DNA from: Macrostomum lignano
Lineage: Eukaryota
DNA: 64,000 bases
NCBI GenBank assembly: GCA_002269645.1
Contig: NIVC01002096.1
Coordinates: 1 to 64,000, forward strand
Direction: 5' to 3'
The translations under genes and the position numbers were made by a program. This document shows, one piece after another, positions 18,681 to 32,714 of the stretch. Position 1 is the stretch's first letter. Every line of letters starts with the position of its first letter. A model generated the notes under the pieces. That model made no database searches, had not been told where the DNA came from, and saw nothing but the letters and a program-made list of their open reading frames with translations.

Positions 18681-19835
18681 TAAGTTTTTTTAAGACTTAT
18701 AAGAAATAATTTCATTCATAAGAACAGTTTTCTACATTTAGAAAATGGAAGAAGAGATTTTTTAACTAGATTAGTTTTTCTATTAATTTGTTATGCAATC
18801 ACCCTCGACTGTCTGTGAAAAAATATGAAATTCGTCAAGAAGTTTTTGCTCCAAGTTCTGTTTCTGGGAACTCCTTGGTGCAGCTTAGAGCAAGAGCGAC
18901 GTGAGAAAAGTGGGAGGAGTGGAATGGCCTTGCTGGTCCTGGCAGTGAGGTCTCACAGCAAGGCATGAATTATTAGTCACCTCTCGTCGCTCTATTTGCG
19001 TGCACCGGGGCTCCGCGGGAACCATGGAGTATAATGAATGTTTCTCAGACATCTTTCCCATTTTCCCTTTCTCCCACTCACTAATACTCCTCATTCTCGG
19101 TCTGTGCGGCTGGGGCCCAGGGGTTTCACAAGCATCGGGAAGCGAGAATCGACCTCCGTTTTCTCCCAATTCTTCCTTACTTTCCCCCCTCCCCCCGTTT
19201 CCTACTATTCACTTCTCTTCCCAAAGGCACGAAAGCCTTCTCAAAGTGTGACACGGCTCAGGGCAATGAGGCAGTTAGGAAGAAACGATCCCAGTTCTTG
19301 CCTGACGCGATGCTGCTTGCTGAAAGATATTTGTCTGCAGGCATCGAGCCAGCATTGTGGGAGAGAGGCGGGGAGTGTGGGATGAGGAGGTGCTTCTGGA
19401 TTTTCCAGGAAGCAGAACTGCTGAACCGGGGATGGGGAGGAGAGGAGGCTGGAGATGCAGCCAAGCTTGAGGTGTGAAAACTCGTCGGGGGTAAATACGC
19501 TACTGAATCTTGCAAGCGCCGCGAAATGAGTCATTGTATCGCGTCTTAATGATTGTCAAACAATCGCTAGATGGGCCGTTCGTCCTCAGCTTTATCTGTG
19601 TTGATTTTCTTTTAAATATCTGTAGGCGTCTTCTATATATCTGATAGTATCAAGCAACGCATGCCGTTTGTTGTTCCGTATTAGCGGTTAGTGATGTCTT
19701 ATTCTGTTAATGGCTTAGCTTTGAAGCTTAGCGTGGCTTATTGAAGTTTATCGTAGGGATTTAAATCGCCGATGACTACTGCCAATGACAGAGACAACTA
19801 AGCTCGACAAGAGCTCAGCTCTTGCCACCTCTTGC

Positions 19836-20074
19836 CCACCAAGAGACAGGGTCATCCACCAAGAGACAGGGGCGCCCAGCAAGAGACAGGGAAATCCACC
19901 AAGAGACAGGGCCGTCCACCAAGATACAGGGTCGTCCACCAAGAGACAGGGAAATCCACCAAGAGACAGGGAAATCCACCAAGAGACAGGGAAATCCACC
20001 AAGAGACAGGGAAATCCGCCAAGAGACAGGGAAATCCACCAAGAGACAGGGAAATCCACCAAGAGACAGGGAAA
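19836..20074. repeat. 20-bp minisatellite (CCACCAAGAGACAGGGAAAT), array 1
   Basis: About 12 copies. Confidence 0.93.
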
Positions 20075-20255
20075 TTGTTGTGTATGGACTTTTGGTTTAG
20101 CAAATGCACTAATGCTTCCCTTCTTTTGTCTATAGTCTAGGGTACAATATTTTATTTCTTTAAGAGCCGAAGGCTAACAGTATTACAAAGGGCAAGCAAG
20201 ACGTGCGCCGGCTAGAGGCAAATAAAGCTTGTGAACAGCTCGTATTTTAAATAAT

Positions 20256-20449
20256 GGGCCGTATGCAGAAAGCTTTGTCCAGACTAGCTAGTCCGGACTT
20301 GGGTAGTTCAGTCTATAGTCTATGGTCTAGCTACCCTAGTTCTGTCTATAGTAGACCGGTCTAACTTTGTGTTTCTGCATACCAAATCCAAGTCCAGACT
20401 AGCTTTTCAAGACCGGACTACCCTAGACAGAGCTTTCTGCATACGGCCC
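20256..20449. mobile_element. PIF/Harbinger-like MITE, 194 bp
   Basis: Perfect 19-bp TIR GGGCCGTATGCAGAAAGCT (20256-20274 / 20431-20449), extendable to 27 bp with 2 mismatches. 3-bp TSD AAT on both sides. Confidence 0.85.
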
Positions 20450-20533
20450 AATGCTTCTTCGACTTGACTTTGATGTCAGATGGTAGCCTGGAGGCAATAG
20501 TCGGTATAGAAGCAGAAGAAGAGGACATGACAG

Positions 20534-20752
20534 AAATCCACCAAGAGACAGGGGCGCCCACCAAGAGACAGGGGCGCCCACCAAGAGACAGGGTCATCCA
20601 CCAAGAGACAGGGTCGTCCACCAAGAGACAGGGTCGTCCACCAAGAGACAGGGGCGCCCACCAAGAGACAGGGGCGCCCACCAAGAGACAGGGGCGCCCA
20701 TCAAGAGACAGGGGCGCCCACCAAGAGACAGGGAAATCCACCAAGAGACAGG
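20534..20752. repeat. 20-bp minisatellite (CCACCAAGAGACAGGGGCGC), array 2, same family as 19836-20074
   Basis: About 11 copies, followed by a duplicated 34-bp segment at ~20756-20824. Confidence 0.92.
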
Positions 20753-21407
20753 GGCCACTATCTCCATACAGTGTGACTGGGAGTGCCACTATCTCTCATA
20801 CAGTGTGACTGGGAGTGCCACTATCACCTTAGAGCCTATATTCATATCGCGCGGCTCGCAGTTTTACAGTTCCAAAACCTGACCTTCCTAAATTTCTAAC
20901 GTCCCAAAATATCCCCAAGAATATTTGGGGCAGTGGTTTCGAAAAGCAGAAAAGCTTTAAAAAACAATTTATGGTTCCAATAATAACAAAAGCGGCCATT
21001 CGGTGCGCAAAAATAACACAAGTATAAAGGACAGAAAGTCCAATCTTTTCCTTCTAATCTTCATCTTTACCTGACCGGAGGTCACTGCTTGAACGGTCCT
21101 TAATAGCCTTAGTGGTCCATGACTCACTGCCGGGCGGTCCGTTTGCAATTCGATCCCCAAGTCAGAATGGAAGCTCGCCAAACTTTATGACAGAGAAGTT
21201 GCAACTTTAGGTTTCTTTTGGTTAGGAAAGCAAAATATTGAAAATACGTGCAGTCGTGTGTCGTGGTTATAAGCCTGACGCTTCTGACAACTCGCCCCAC
21301 CTACTGACTCCCTTCAGGTGTGGCTTTTAAGCATCCCTGACACGTTATTTTACGATTCTTCTGTGACCTTCTGTTCCCTCATTTTAGCGTTTCTGTCACA
21401 TCGATAA

Positions 21408-21776
21408 CCTAATTTTATTGTCCCTGACACCTTAATTTTATTGTCCCTGACACCTCAATTTTATTGTCCCTGATACCTCAATTTTATTGCCCCTGACACC
21501 TCAGTTTTATTGTCCCTGATACCTCAATTTTATTGCCCCTGACACCTCAGTTTTATTGTCCCTGGCACCTTAATTTTATTGTCCCTGACACCTTAATTTT
21601 ATTGTCCCTGACACCTCAATTTTATTGCCCCTGACACCTGAGTTTTATTGTTCCTGACACCTTAATTTTATTGTCCCTGACACCTCAGTTTTATTGTCCC
21701 TGACACCTCAATTTTATTGCCCCTGACACCTCAATTCTATTGTCCCTGACACCTCAATTTCATTGCCCCTGACACA
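21408..21776. repeat. 22-bp minisatellite (CCTGACACCTCAATTTTATTGT)
   Basis: About 17 copies. Confidence 0.92.
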
Positions 21777-22616
21777 TATTTTTGCACCCACTGGCACTTT
21801 ATAAAGTGAAAGCGAGTCCCAACTCAATGGCGGTCATAAAAAAGTCAAAATCTTCGGGTGCCAGAGAACAAAAAGCCCTAATAACTTCCTTCTATATTTA
21901 GGAATCTGCCCTAACACTCTGGCTGTCCACACAGAAAAAACAAACTATAGGCTTGGCCCTGCCCATCTGTCTCCAAGCCCACTTTCATAGTGTCAGCAGT
22001 TCATCTGCCTCGCTCAATTTACATGTCAATCATTCTAAATCTTTTTTTCTAGTCTCTTCTCTCTCTCTCCCTTTCCCTCTCTCTTTCTCTTCTCCCTGTC
22101 AGTCAGTAATGTGGCTTAACCACCCACCGCACTGCCTGCAGGTTCTAAGCCCTCTCAATTAAAGCTGTCTTTCCGTCTCTGTCTTCTGTCGCTCTCCCCC
22201 TTAGATCCCTGCCTTGCTGCTTTTAATTCAATCATATAATGTGACTGTACAGTTTGAAGCGCTCCGTACATTGATGCAATTTCTTCTCTTGAGCGGCTTG
22301 AGTACTTCGTGTCGCTCTGATAGTGTCTAATGCCTCTGTACACTGAGTCACTTTCACTTATCCTGCCTGTCGTACCTGGCTAACCTGTCTTTATAATCGA
22401 TTTCACTATCAGGGCCTGACGGTTTTGTACTATTGTATCGATTATTAATACGAATAAATGATCCCTTTGTTTTCACACCTGTGGGGGAAGACAATTTACA
22501 CTGAGGTTGTGGGTGTCGCCATGGATTTTATGAATTTCTGACAATATCTGGGGACAAAACTAACTATTCTGAGCGAAAAATGCCTGTATCAGTTTTAGAA
22601 TCAGTGTTGTTAGTAC

Positions 22617-23120
22617 TTCTACTCATTTTGGCACTGCAGGCACTCATTTTGGCACTGCAGGCACTCATTTTGGCACTGCAGGCACTCATTTTGGCACTGC
22701 AGGCACTCATTTTGGCACTGCAGGCACTCATTTTGGCACTGCAGGCACTCATTTTGGCACTGCAGGCACTCATTTTGGCACTGCAGGCACTCATTTTGGC
22801 ACTGCAGGCACTCATTTTGGCACTGCAGGCACTCATTTTGGCACTGCAGGCACTCATTTTGGCACTGCAGGCACTCATTTTGGCACTGCAGGCACTCATT
22901 TTGGCACTGCAGGCACTCATTTTGGCACTGCAGGCACTCATTTTGGCACTGCAGGCACTCATTTTGGCACTGCAGGCACTCATTTTGGCACTGCAGGCAC
23001 TCATTTTGGCACTGCAGGCACTCATTTTGGCGCCGCAGGAACTCATTTTGGCACCGCAGGCACTCGTTTTAGCGCCACAGACACTCATTTTGGCGCCGCG
23101 GGCACTCGTTTTAGCGCCGT
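22617..23120. repeat. 21-bp minisatellite (GGCACTCATTTTGGCACTGCA)
   Basis: About 20 perfect copies, degenerate at the right end; source of the spurious ALILALQ and SACSAKM ORFs. Confidence 0.96.
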
Positions 23121-24559
23121 GATGCATTTTTTTATTTATGTAACGGGTCCCCCAGGTAGCGACGCCTAGTTATATATATTTTAGACTACCAGTTCACTGT
23201 TTAATGATTATAAGTTGTATTAGCAATATCCCCTACGTAGATTACTATATTTATATCTAATAGTTTGTGAAAGGGATTAAAATTCGTATTTAGATTAACT
23301 GAGACCCTAGCAGGATATTGCTTGTCTCAAGCCTCGAAAAAGCTTTTCAAGATTGCGATTATGCTTTTTTGTTTAAAAAAACGGCGAAGAAAAGTTGAAT
23401 CCTAGGGGTTGCATGGGGATAATTTTCCCTATAGTCTCGCCCTCTTTTCCACTCCTCGATACTGCTAGAGCTTAGAAGCAGAGAATAACAAAATCCCCCT
23501 GTCATAGCCGCCTTCACACAGAGAGGGCTGCTGGCTACACACGCAGAAAGCTTTGACACATATGCTGACACACAACTTGTGTAAACTTATGGGTCGTCAT
23601 TCTGCACTGCGCTATAGGGGGGTAAAATGTTTCCTCAGTTGTAGACTGGCATAGTTTCCTATATATCTATGTATCTAACCTTTTCACTTCTAGCGGAAGA
23701 GAGGAGAAGAAATTCCGGGGACAAAAGCTGACTGTTGCTGCTGCTTCTGAAATATCCCGCGCGGTCCTTAAGACAGCGCACGAGGGTTAAAAAAAGACAT
23801 TTTCGTGTGTGCTGTGTGTACACACGAACTGATGGCTTATGGGGGTCATTATTTCTACATTACGTACACACCAATATAAGCTGTTGGTTTAGCTTAAGTC
23901 CACAAATATGAGTGGACAAAAGCCACTCATATAGTGTCAGACTGCAACTGTTGCAGTCACTTATTCTGTGTTTATACGAGGAACCTGCCTGGACAATTTA
24001 TCATCAGCAATTAACGGTTCCATGTCCATCTCCCACAGACACGCACTCTCTCTCTCTTAGTCAGCATATCCTAGTAACTATTAATTAATTATTCTATCCT
24101 TCATATCCTCTTTGGGAGTTGGACAAAGATAAATAAATAATATATATATTAATAGCCACGGGTTCAATATTATCAAGTGAAGGACTTCGTGAGAAAATAA
24201 GAAGCTTGAATATAGATTTGTTAAACTGATAGTTGTGCAGATTTTTAGGTCGTATAAACAGTAAGAGGAATGGCACTTGAAATTTCTTAATAGAATAACA
24301 AATCCCGTGACGAATTCCGACTTTTTCAACTGCCAGGGTCCATGGAGGGACAGTCGTGCAGAGATTTGTAACATTCATGATTCTGATAAGACATCCCAAG
24401 AAGACAGACATTGTGATACTAATAAGACACCAAAGAAAGACATATTGTGGAACTAATAAGACACTAAATGAAGACATATTGTGGCACAAATACGACACTA
24501 AAGAAGACATCCCATATACTAAAAATGAAAATCTTGCTTGCTTGTATGTTTGTGCGCAA

Positions 24560-25340
24560 TCGATTTTAGCAATTGTGATACTAATAAGACTCTAAAGAAG
24601 ACATTGTGATACTAATAAGACTCTAAAGAAGACATTGTGATACTAATAAGACACTAAAGGAAGACATATTGTGGTGCTAATAAGACACCAAAGAAAGACA
24701 TATTGTGGTACTAATAAGACACCAAAGAAAGACATATTGTGGTACTAATAAGACACCAAAGAAAGACATATTGTGGTACTAATAAGACACCAAAGAAAGA
24801 CATATTGTGGTACTAATAAGACACCAAAGAAAGACATATTGTGGTGCTAATAAGACACCAAAGAAAGACATATTGTGGTACTAATAAGACACCAAAGAAA
24901 GACATATTGTGGTACTAATACGACACCAAAGAAAGACATATTGTGGTGCTAATAAGACATCAAAGAAAGACATATTGTGGTACTAATAAGACACTAAAGG
25001 AAGACATATTGTGGTGCTAATAAGACATCAAAGAAAGACATATTGTGGTACTAATAAGACACTAAAGGAAGACATATTGTGGTGCTAATAAGACACCAAA
25101 GAAAGACATATTGTGGTACTAACAAAACACCAAAGAAAGACATATTGTGGTACTAATAAGACACTAAAGGAAGACATATTGTGGTGCTAATAAGACACTA
25201 AAGGAAGACATATTGTGGTGCTAATAAGACACCAAAGAAAGACATATTGTGGTACTAACAAAACACCAAAGAAAGACATATTGTGGTACTAATAAGACAC
25301 CAAAGAAAGACATATTGTGGTACTAATAAGACACTAAAGA
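24560..25340. repeat. 34-bp minisatellite (GACATATTGTGGTACTAATAAGACACCAAAGAAA)
   Basis: About 22 copies, with degenerate copies from ~24390. Confidence 0.95.
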
Positions 25341-28051
25341 ACGCAGACATGATACCTTGAAAGATACAGTCGGTAAAATCACAACTAGGCACGCCCATGG
25401 CTACATGCGTAGAAACTGGAACGCCAACCAATATACCCAGCCCACTCATCTATCTGTTCAGGATGGATCTGCAGAGCCATGGCTAAGCCCCAAATCTGCA
25501 ATAGCAATTAGTCGTCCAGCAAGCAGGTTGGCTCCGAAGTCCAGCTAGCATGAGTCACTTTTCAGCTAATAAAAGTAAGTGTCGATTTTTTCCATTAGCT
25601 TCTTCCCTTCTGCTTGCTTACGATATACTGCTGCAACTCTTTTCTGTCTGCATTGTTCGACTGTAGACGTATCCAACTGGATGAATGTGCGATATAGTCC
25701 ACGCTGTGCTAATGAGTCAGTTGCTATGGAATTATCAATCTATCAAGGAGCAATTGCATGGACTGTTTGTCTTTTCCTCACTTTTTTTCTCTAACCTTTA
25801 TGTACATAACACTGGCCTGTTCACACGCGCTCCTTCGAATAAACTTTTTCTTGACCACATCATGGAGCTGAGATCCGCAGCTTTCATTTGAATCAAGTTA
25901 AAATTGAAACGGACTGAAATTATGTCCGCTAGAAGACATCGTAGCAAGGGTTCCGGAACTTTTGACGGACAGTATATATACGCTCCTTTCCTTACCAGCC
26001 CATTTCTAGGAAAAATCGAATCCAGCGTCCTTCTACTTTAGTTGCGCACGCGTGCGAAGCTTGGAAAATCTGTGGCCATCAAAAAGCTCATAATTTCGAG
26101 TAATTAGACAAATGTCACATCCGCGCTTACTTGATTCCCCTATGATATTGCCAGTAATAGAGTGATTACGCAATATTAAAGACACAGTCCATGAACCAAT
26201 TTTGATGCTAAAAGCCTCAATTTAGATGATTTTGATCATGGAATTCAAACCTATTGAATAGAGAAGAAATCTTTCTTTAAGATCTTATTTTAGACAGACA
26301 AGCATTATTATGGACTGTGTTGGATCCTACTTGCGCCAGACAAATTAAAATCCTAGATTAGAAGACATATTTTAATTTGGAAATTTGAGAAGCAATCGAC
26401 AAAAAATGTGATTTTTCAAGTTTGGCAGTCCTTCTACTTACTTTCTAAACTTTGGCTCAAGCCTTATAATAGGACAAATTGGATTCTAGGATCCCAAGGA
26501 GAGCTGCGAACGAGTGAAGCGGGAGAACCCACTCAATACTTGAAACTTGGCAGTTTAGTGACTCAACACTTGAGCAAATTGGATGAGCCACAGCCCATTG
26601 CTCCCGAGGCCTTAGAGAATATTCAATGAAGGAATTTGCCTGAGAGTAAAGGAGACTTGGGGTGAGTCAGATTGTGGGGCAGAGTGGGGGAGACTGAGAC
26701 TGAGAGGACAGGAATAGGTAAACCAATAAGTGATATAATATTGATGAAAAGAACTTTAATTGAATTCAGCGCGCAGAACCATGTAAGCAATGAGATTATT
26801 CGATCCAGTGAGCTATATTGATTTCTTGTGCGTGCACTTCAAATCAATACTGATTCCGATCAAAGGACAAGTCAAGTTTAAAAGTCATGGTACAAATTGG
26901 AATTGGCAGTTACACAGCAGCAGCGCACAAGCTTTTCTTTCGCAAGAAGAAAGACAAATGAAAATGTTAATTGAAGTCAGTAGAATCTTCCTATGCTCCT
27001 TTCAGCAGCATTGCAGAAATGAAGGCCCCGTAAACACTGTTAAACCTTTTAGCTACCGGGCGATGTCCATGCTTATATGGCATGTAAACAAATGAGTGAA
27101 TAATGGCGAACCAACGCAGAGGCCTGAGGTCACAACAGACCTGATGGACCAACTTTAATGGAGAAAGCTTGTGCAGCGCACATTTCTGGGTAATTAGATC
27201 CTCAGCAGGTTTCCCCATTCCCATATGGGGAATGGGACTTTTTTCCCTCAAGCAGAGAGGCCAAACAGCCCACGTTGATTTCTTAGAAGAAGCAACTATG
27301 TAAGAGAGCATTGCCAAGAGGAAGGTACAACTGCTGCGTGTACTGCTGCGGACTGTCAATAAATCAATGCCCCCCCCCAATAATCGAAAATCCAATTTAG
27401 ACAAGTGCTAGGAAATTTTTTTAATTTACTTCCTTCTTCTCTCCTAACGCCGGAGCTGGGAAGGAATTACCGCTGTAAAACTCTTCCAACTTTCCCTGCT
27501 CTCCTTACTGCTTCTCAACTCGAGCTCTTATTATTAAAATGAGAGTGAAGCTTCACAGTCACAATGTCCACTTACTCAAGCACCTCCACGTGCTTCAATA
27601 CTGTTGCCGCTGTTTCCTCTCGCATCCGAGCTGTCTAAGCAGCCATGAAGAAATTATATTTATTAAATGAAAAATTGGGGAGTCTAGCAACTAAACTGTC
27701 TATACTCTCACCGGGCTGAGCGTGCTCATGGGGCATTGTTTTCTGTGCATGCATTGCTGGGGCAGTGGCTTGCATTATATATTTTATATAGATAGAGGGT
27801 GAGCTGCATGTGGAAAGCTGACCCCACTTCTGTTGGAGGGTCTGGGGGGGGTCTCGCTTAGCCTCTGCGGCTGCTGCTCTCGGCGGGACTTGGGGCTGCT
27901 TGGGGGAGAAAGTTGAGATTCTGTTGAAGAGTTTTAGCCCGCCTTCGTGTTGCGATACGGCAATACTGTGTGTTAAAGAGTGAGATCGCTGACTCAGCGC
28001 ATTGAATGTCAGTAGACTTGTCAACTGCCAGGCAAAGTTGAAATTGTCTCG

Positions 28052-28473
<422 letters not shown>

Positions 28474-29002
28474 CATAATGCTATTTTCACAAATTAACTA
28501 GGCTACTTCTCCCTGTGTCCCACAACCTTCCTTTCCCTTTCTCTACTCTACACTTCCAACTCCCCTATTCCACATGGCATTGTTATGGTACTAAAAGCTC
28601 CCATTGTCATTCACAAGAATACCCCCTGCCTCTCCCCAATGCTCCCACAGGGCAGTCACTCTCGCCCAGTTTCCTATATAGAATCGCAACCCCAGCCCAA
28701 GCCACAGTTGAGAGCGGAACTCACGCAACCTCCCAGCCCCTGAAGAGGGTCCCAGCCGCTTCTCCCCCCCCCCCCCGTCTCGCGGGCGTTGCAAAACTTC
28801 GCCATTCATTGGCGGATGGCAATGCCGGAACAGACCCGCAGACCCGATGATTCTACAGGAAGTGGACGACCTGCGAGCACAAAATCTTTCACTCTCGCTT
28901 TATTTCATTCGCCACTGAGTCCTGAAGGTGACACTTCTGCCTAACCAGCTTATACTCTCCGCTGTGTTGAGCGAAAGTTTAATATTAAGATAAAACCCAG
29001 TT

Positions 29003-29929
29003 CGAACTGAAGGTACCTGAGTAGGTTAGAGATGTCAGAACTGAAGGTACCTGAGTATGTTAGAGATGTCAGAACTGAAGGTACCTAAGTAGGTTAGAGA
29101 TGTCAGAACTGAAGGTACCTGAGTATGTTAGAGATGTCAAAACTGAAGGTACCTGAGTAGGTTAGAGATGTCAGAACTGAAGGTACCTGAGTATGTTAGA
29201 GATGTCAGAACTGAAGGTACCTGAGTAGGTTAGAGATGTCAGAACTGAAGGTACCTGAGTATGTTAGAGATGTCAGAACTGAAGGTACCTAAGTAGGTTA
29301 GAGATGTCAGAACTGAAGGTACCTGAGTATGTTAGAGATGTCAGAACTGAAGGTATCTGAGTATGTTAGAGATGTCAGAACTGAAGGTATCTGAGTAGGT
29401 TAGAGATGTCAGAACTGAAGGTATCTGAGTATGTTAGAGATGTCAGAACTGAAGGTATCTGAGTATGTTAGAGATGTCAGAACTGAAGGTATCTGAGTAT
29501 GTTAGAGATGTCAGAACTGAAGGTACCTGAGTAGGTTAGAGATGTCAGAACTGAAGGTACCTGAGTATGTTAGAGATGTCAGAACTGAAGGTACCTGAGT
29601 AGGTTAGAGATGTCAGAACTGAAGGTACCTGAGTATGTTAGAGATGTCAGAACTGAAGGTACCTGAGTATGTTAGAGATGTCAGAACTGAAGGTACCTGA
29701 GTATGTTAGAGATGTCAGAACTGAAGGTACCTGAGTATGTTAGAGATGTCAGAACTGAAGGTACCTGAGTATGTTAGAGATGTCAGAACTGAAGGTACCT
29801 GAGTAGGATAGAGATGTCAGAACTGAAGGTATCTGAGTAGGTTAGATATGTCAGAACTGAAGGTATCTGAGTAGGTTAGATATGTCAGAACTGAAGGTAT
29901 CTAAGTAGGTTAGAGATGTCAGAACTGAA
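29003..29929. repeat. 34-bp minisatellite (GAACTGAAGGTACCTGAGTAGGTTAGAGATGTCA)
   Basis: About 27 copies. Confidence 0.96.
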
Positions 29930-31044
29930 AAACCTTGCTTTGGATATCTGTCATCTGACTCGTTTCATAAAAAAATGTTATTAAGACTAAAGTAAAATTT
30001 ATTGCAATAGAAATAGGAGCCTTTAACTTAAATCTGCAAGGGTTCTTGTTGGGTTAATTTCTTATTCTGTCTGTCTGTCTGCCTGTCAGTCTGCCTGTCT
30101 GTCTGGCAGTGTCTGCGGTTGGTCCCATCCCACTTGATTTGATTAAATATCGTCTTCTTGTAGCAACCCGGCGGGGGTGCCATACACAAGCAGCTTTGGT
30201 TGCGTGTTAGAAATTAAATTGAAATGCTCCAAGGCATGCTGGCGACTTATAGGGGAGTTATGATTATGACCCATAATTATGGCAGGTGCCACACTGTCTA
30301 TTCTTTCTGAAGGCAACCCCTTAGCAGGCACCTGAGAACTGGTGTGAGAATTCCTTAAGACTTTTTTTACAAGTTCTCTAATATTCGAGACTCGAGAATT
30401 CGAAAAAGTGACACATCGAGTTCTTGTCGTTATTGAGCAAAGATTAATTAAGTCTTACCTTAATCTCCTTGTTTTTTGTGACTTCTCTTTTTAAATGGAA
30501 AAAGATTCTGATTAACCTGTAGGGATGCTGTGTAGGGGCGTGGCACCTTCGTAATACCAGTTGCTTTATAATAAAAAACTAGGCTAAGGCTCACGAATAC
30601 TTTTACTTTGCAAGTCGAGGCTCTTCTCTCTCCCTCTGTAATTCCCTAAGCTCTGTCCTCCCGCGGCCTGGGAATACGTCAGTCTCAACCACCAAACCCT
30701 CTATTTTAGGGATATACGTTCTTGCTCCCTGTGCGTCTCTTCTGTGTCTCCCTCTCTACAAAAAGCTCTGCTATTGGCCTAGATTTCACTGCGACCAATC
30801 AGAAAACGGAAAGCCTATTATAACCCTAACTGATAGGCAAGCGGGGAAAGTGAAATGATGAGTATTGCTAAAAGAAACCTCCTCAGGTATGACTGAGCGG
30901 GGGGTACGGTAGTACGGTGTATTGGGTGTGGATGCCATGCACTGCTGTCTAGCGGAGAGACTTGGGGGTGGGAAACAGAAAGTGAGTCTTGCTTTTTAAT
31001 AGAGTGATGCTTTAAAACTAGCAGATGGATTAGGAATTGCTTGG

Positions 31045-32283
31045 ATCTATAGCGAGTGATCTATAGCGACAAATCTATAGCGACAGATCTATAGCGACAA
31101 ATCTATAGCGAGTGATCTATAGCGAGTGATCTATAGCGACACATCTATAGCGAGTGATCTATAGCGACAGATCTATAGCGACACATCTATAGCGAGTGAT
31201 CTATAGCGACAGATCTATAGCGACACATCTATAGCGAGTGATCTATAGAGACAGATCTATAGCAAGTGATCCATAGCGACAGATCTATAGCAAGTGATCT
31301 ATAGCGAGTGATCTATAGCGACAGATCTATAGCGACAAATCTATAGCGAGTGATCGATAGCGAGTGATCTATAGCGACACATCTATAGCGAGTGATCTAT
31401 AGCGACACATCTATAGCGAGTGATCTATAGAGACAGATCTATAGCAAGTGATCCATAGCGACAGATCTATAGCAAGTGATCTATAGCGAGTGATCTATAG
31501 CGACAGATCTATAGCAAGTGATCCATAGCGAGTGATCTATAGCAAGTGATCTATAGCGAGTGATCTATAGCGACAGATCTATAGCGACAAATCTATAGCG
31601 AGTGATCGATAGCGAGTGATCTATAGCGACACATCTATAGCGAGTGATCTATAGCGACACATCTATAGCGAGTGATCTATAGAGACAGATCTATAGCAAG
31701 TGATCCATAGCGACAGATCTATAGCAAGTGATCTATAGCGAGTGATCTATAGCGACAGATCTATAGCAAGTGATCTATAGCGAGTGATCTATAGCGACAG
31801 ATCTATAGCGACAAATCTATAGCGAGTGATCGATAGCGAGTGATCTATAGCGACACATCTATAGCGAGTGATCTATAGCGACACATCTATAGCGAGTGAT
31901 CTATAGCGACACATCTATAGCGAGTGATCTATAGAGACAGATCTATAGCAAGTGATCCATAGCGACAGATCTATAGCAAGTGATCTATAGCGAGTGATCT
32001 ATAGCGACAGATCTATAGCAAGTGATCTATAGCGAGTGATCTATAGCGACAGATCTATAGCGACAAATCTATAGCGAGTGATCGATAGCGAGTGATCTAT
32101 AGCGACACATCTATAGCGAGTGATCTATAGCGACACATCTATAGCGAGTGATCTATAGAGACAGATCTATAGCAAGTGATCCATAGCGACAGATCTATAG
32201 TAAGTGATCTATAGCGAGTGATCTATAGCGACAGATCTATAGCAAGTGATCCATAGCGAGTGATCTATAGCGAGTGATCTATG
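31045..32283. repeat. 14-bp minisatellite (GATCTATAGCGAGT and variants) with higher-order structure
   Basis: About 88 units; a marker variant recurs at spacings that are multiples of 14. Confidence 0.96.
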
Positions 32284-32714
32284 GCTAGTAATTTTATAGA
32301 TAATTTTATTTATAACTACTGCCTAAACTTTAAATCTTTAAAGTAACACCCAGTTTAACTTGATTATTGACTTCTTAAATTTCAATGAGAAAGTAGCATA
32401 AGTATTTAATTACTTATTAGACAGACAAGAGGAAAAGTGATATGGGATTTCTCTAACTACTGAGCAACATCATGTATCTTATGTGATATGTCTCATATAT
32501 ACTGTTCTGAGTGTAAAGTTACTATCAGTTTTTTAGACGTCTAGCATTGTTTCAACTGATGACTTCCGAAAATGAGCCGGAACTAACCTATCCCATATCC
32601 TATCGTATTGATACAGTGCGTCAAATTTCTACTGAACTGATGCGAGCTTTAACAACTGATGCATATCTATAGCTGTATTGTGTTACAGATTGATGAAAAG
32701 CCTACTCTGTATGC

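Noticed and set aside
18885-19534. GC-richer segment with several 83-115-aa ORFs
   Set aside because: No recognisable domain, and no phase-consistent exon chain could be built.
26790-27404. 137-aa minus-strand ORF and a 9-bp hairpin (CCCATTCCC/GGGAATGGG at 27214-27236)
   Set aside because: No homology that I recognise, and a single short hairpin is not enough to call a feature.
29003-29929. Regular 20-34-bp repeats that look superficially like CRISPR arrays
   Set aside because: No unique spacers between the repeats, no cas genes, and a eukaryotic context.
30770-30805. Inverted pair of CCAAT boxes suggesting a promoter
   Set aside because: The motif is short and there is no linked exon or transcript evidence.
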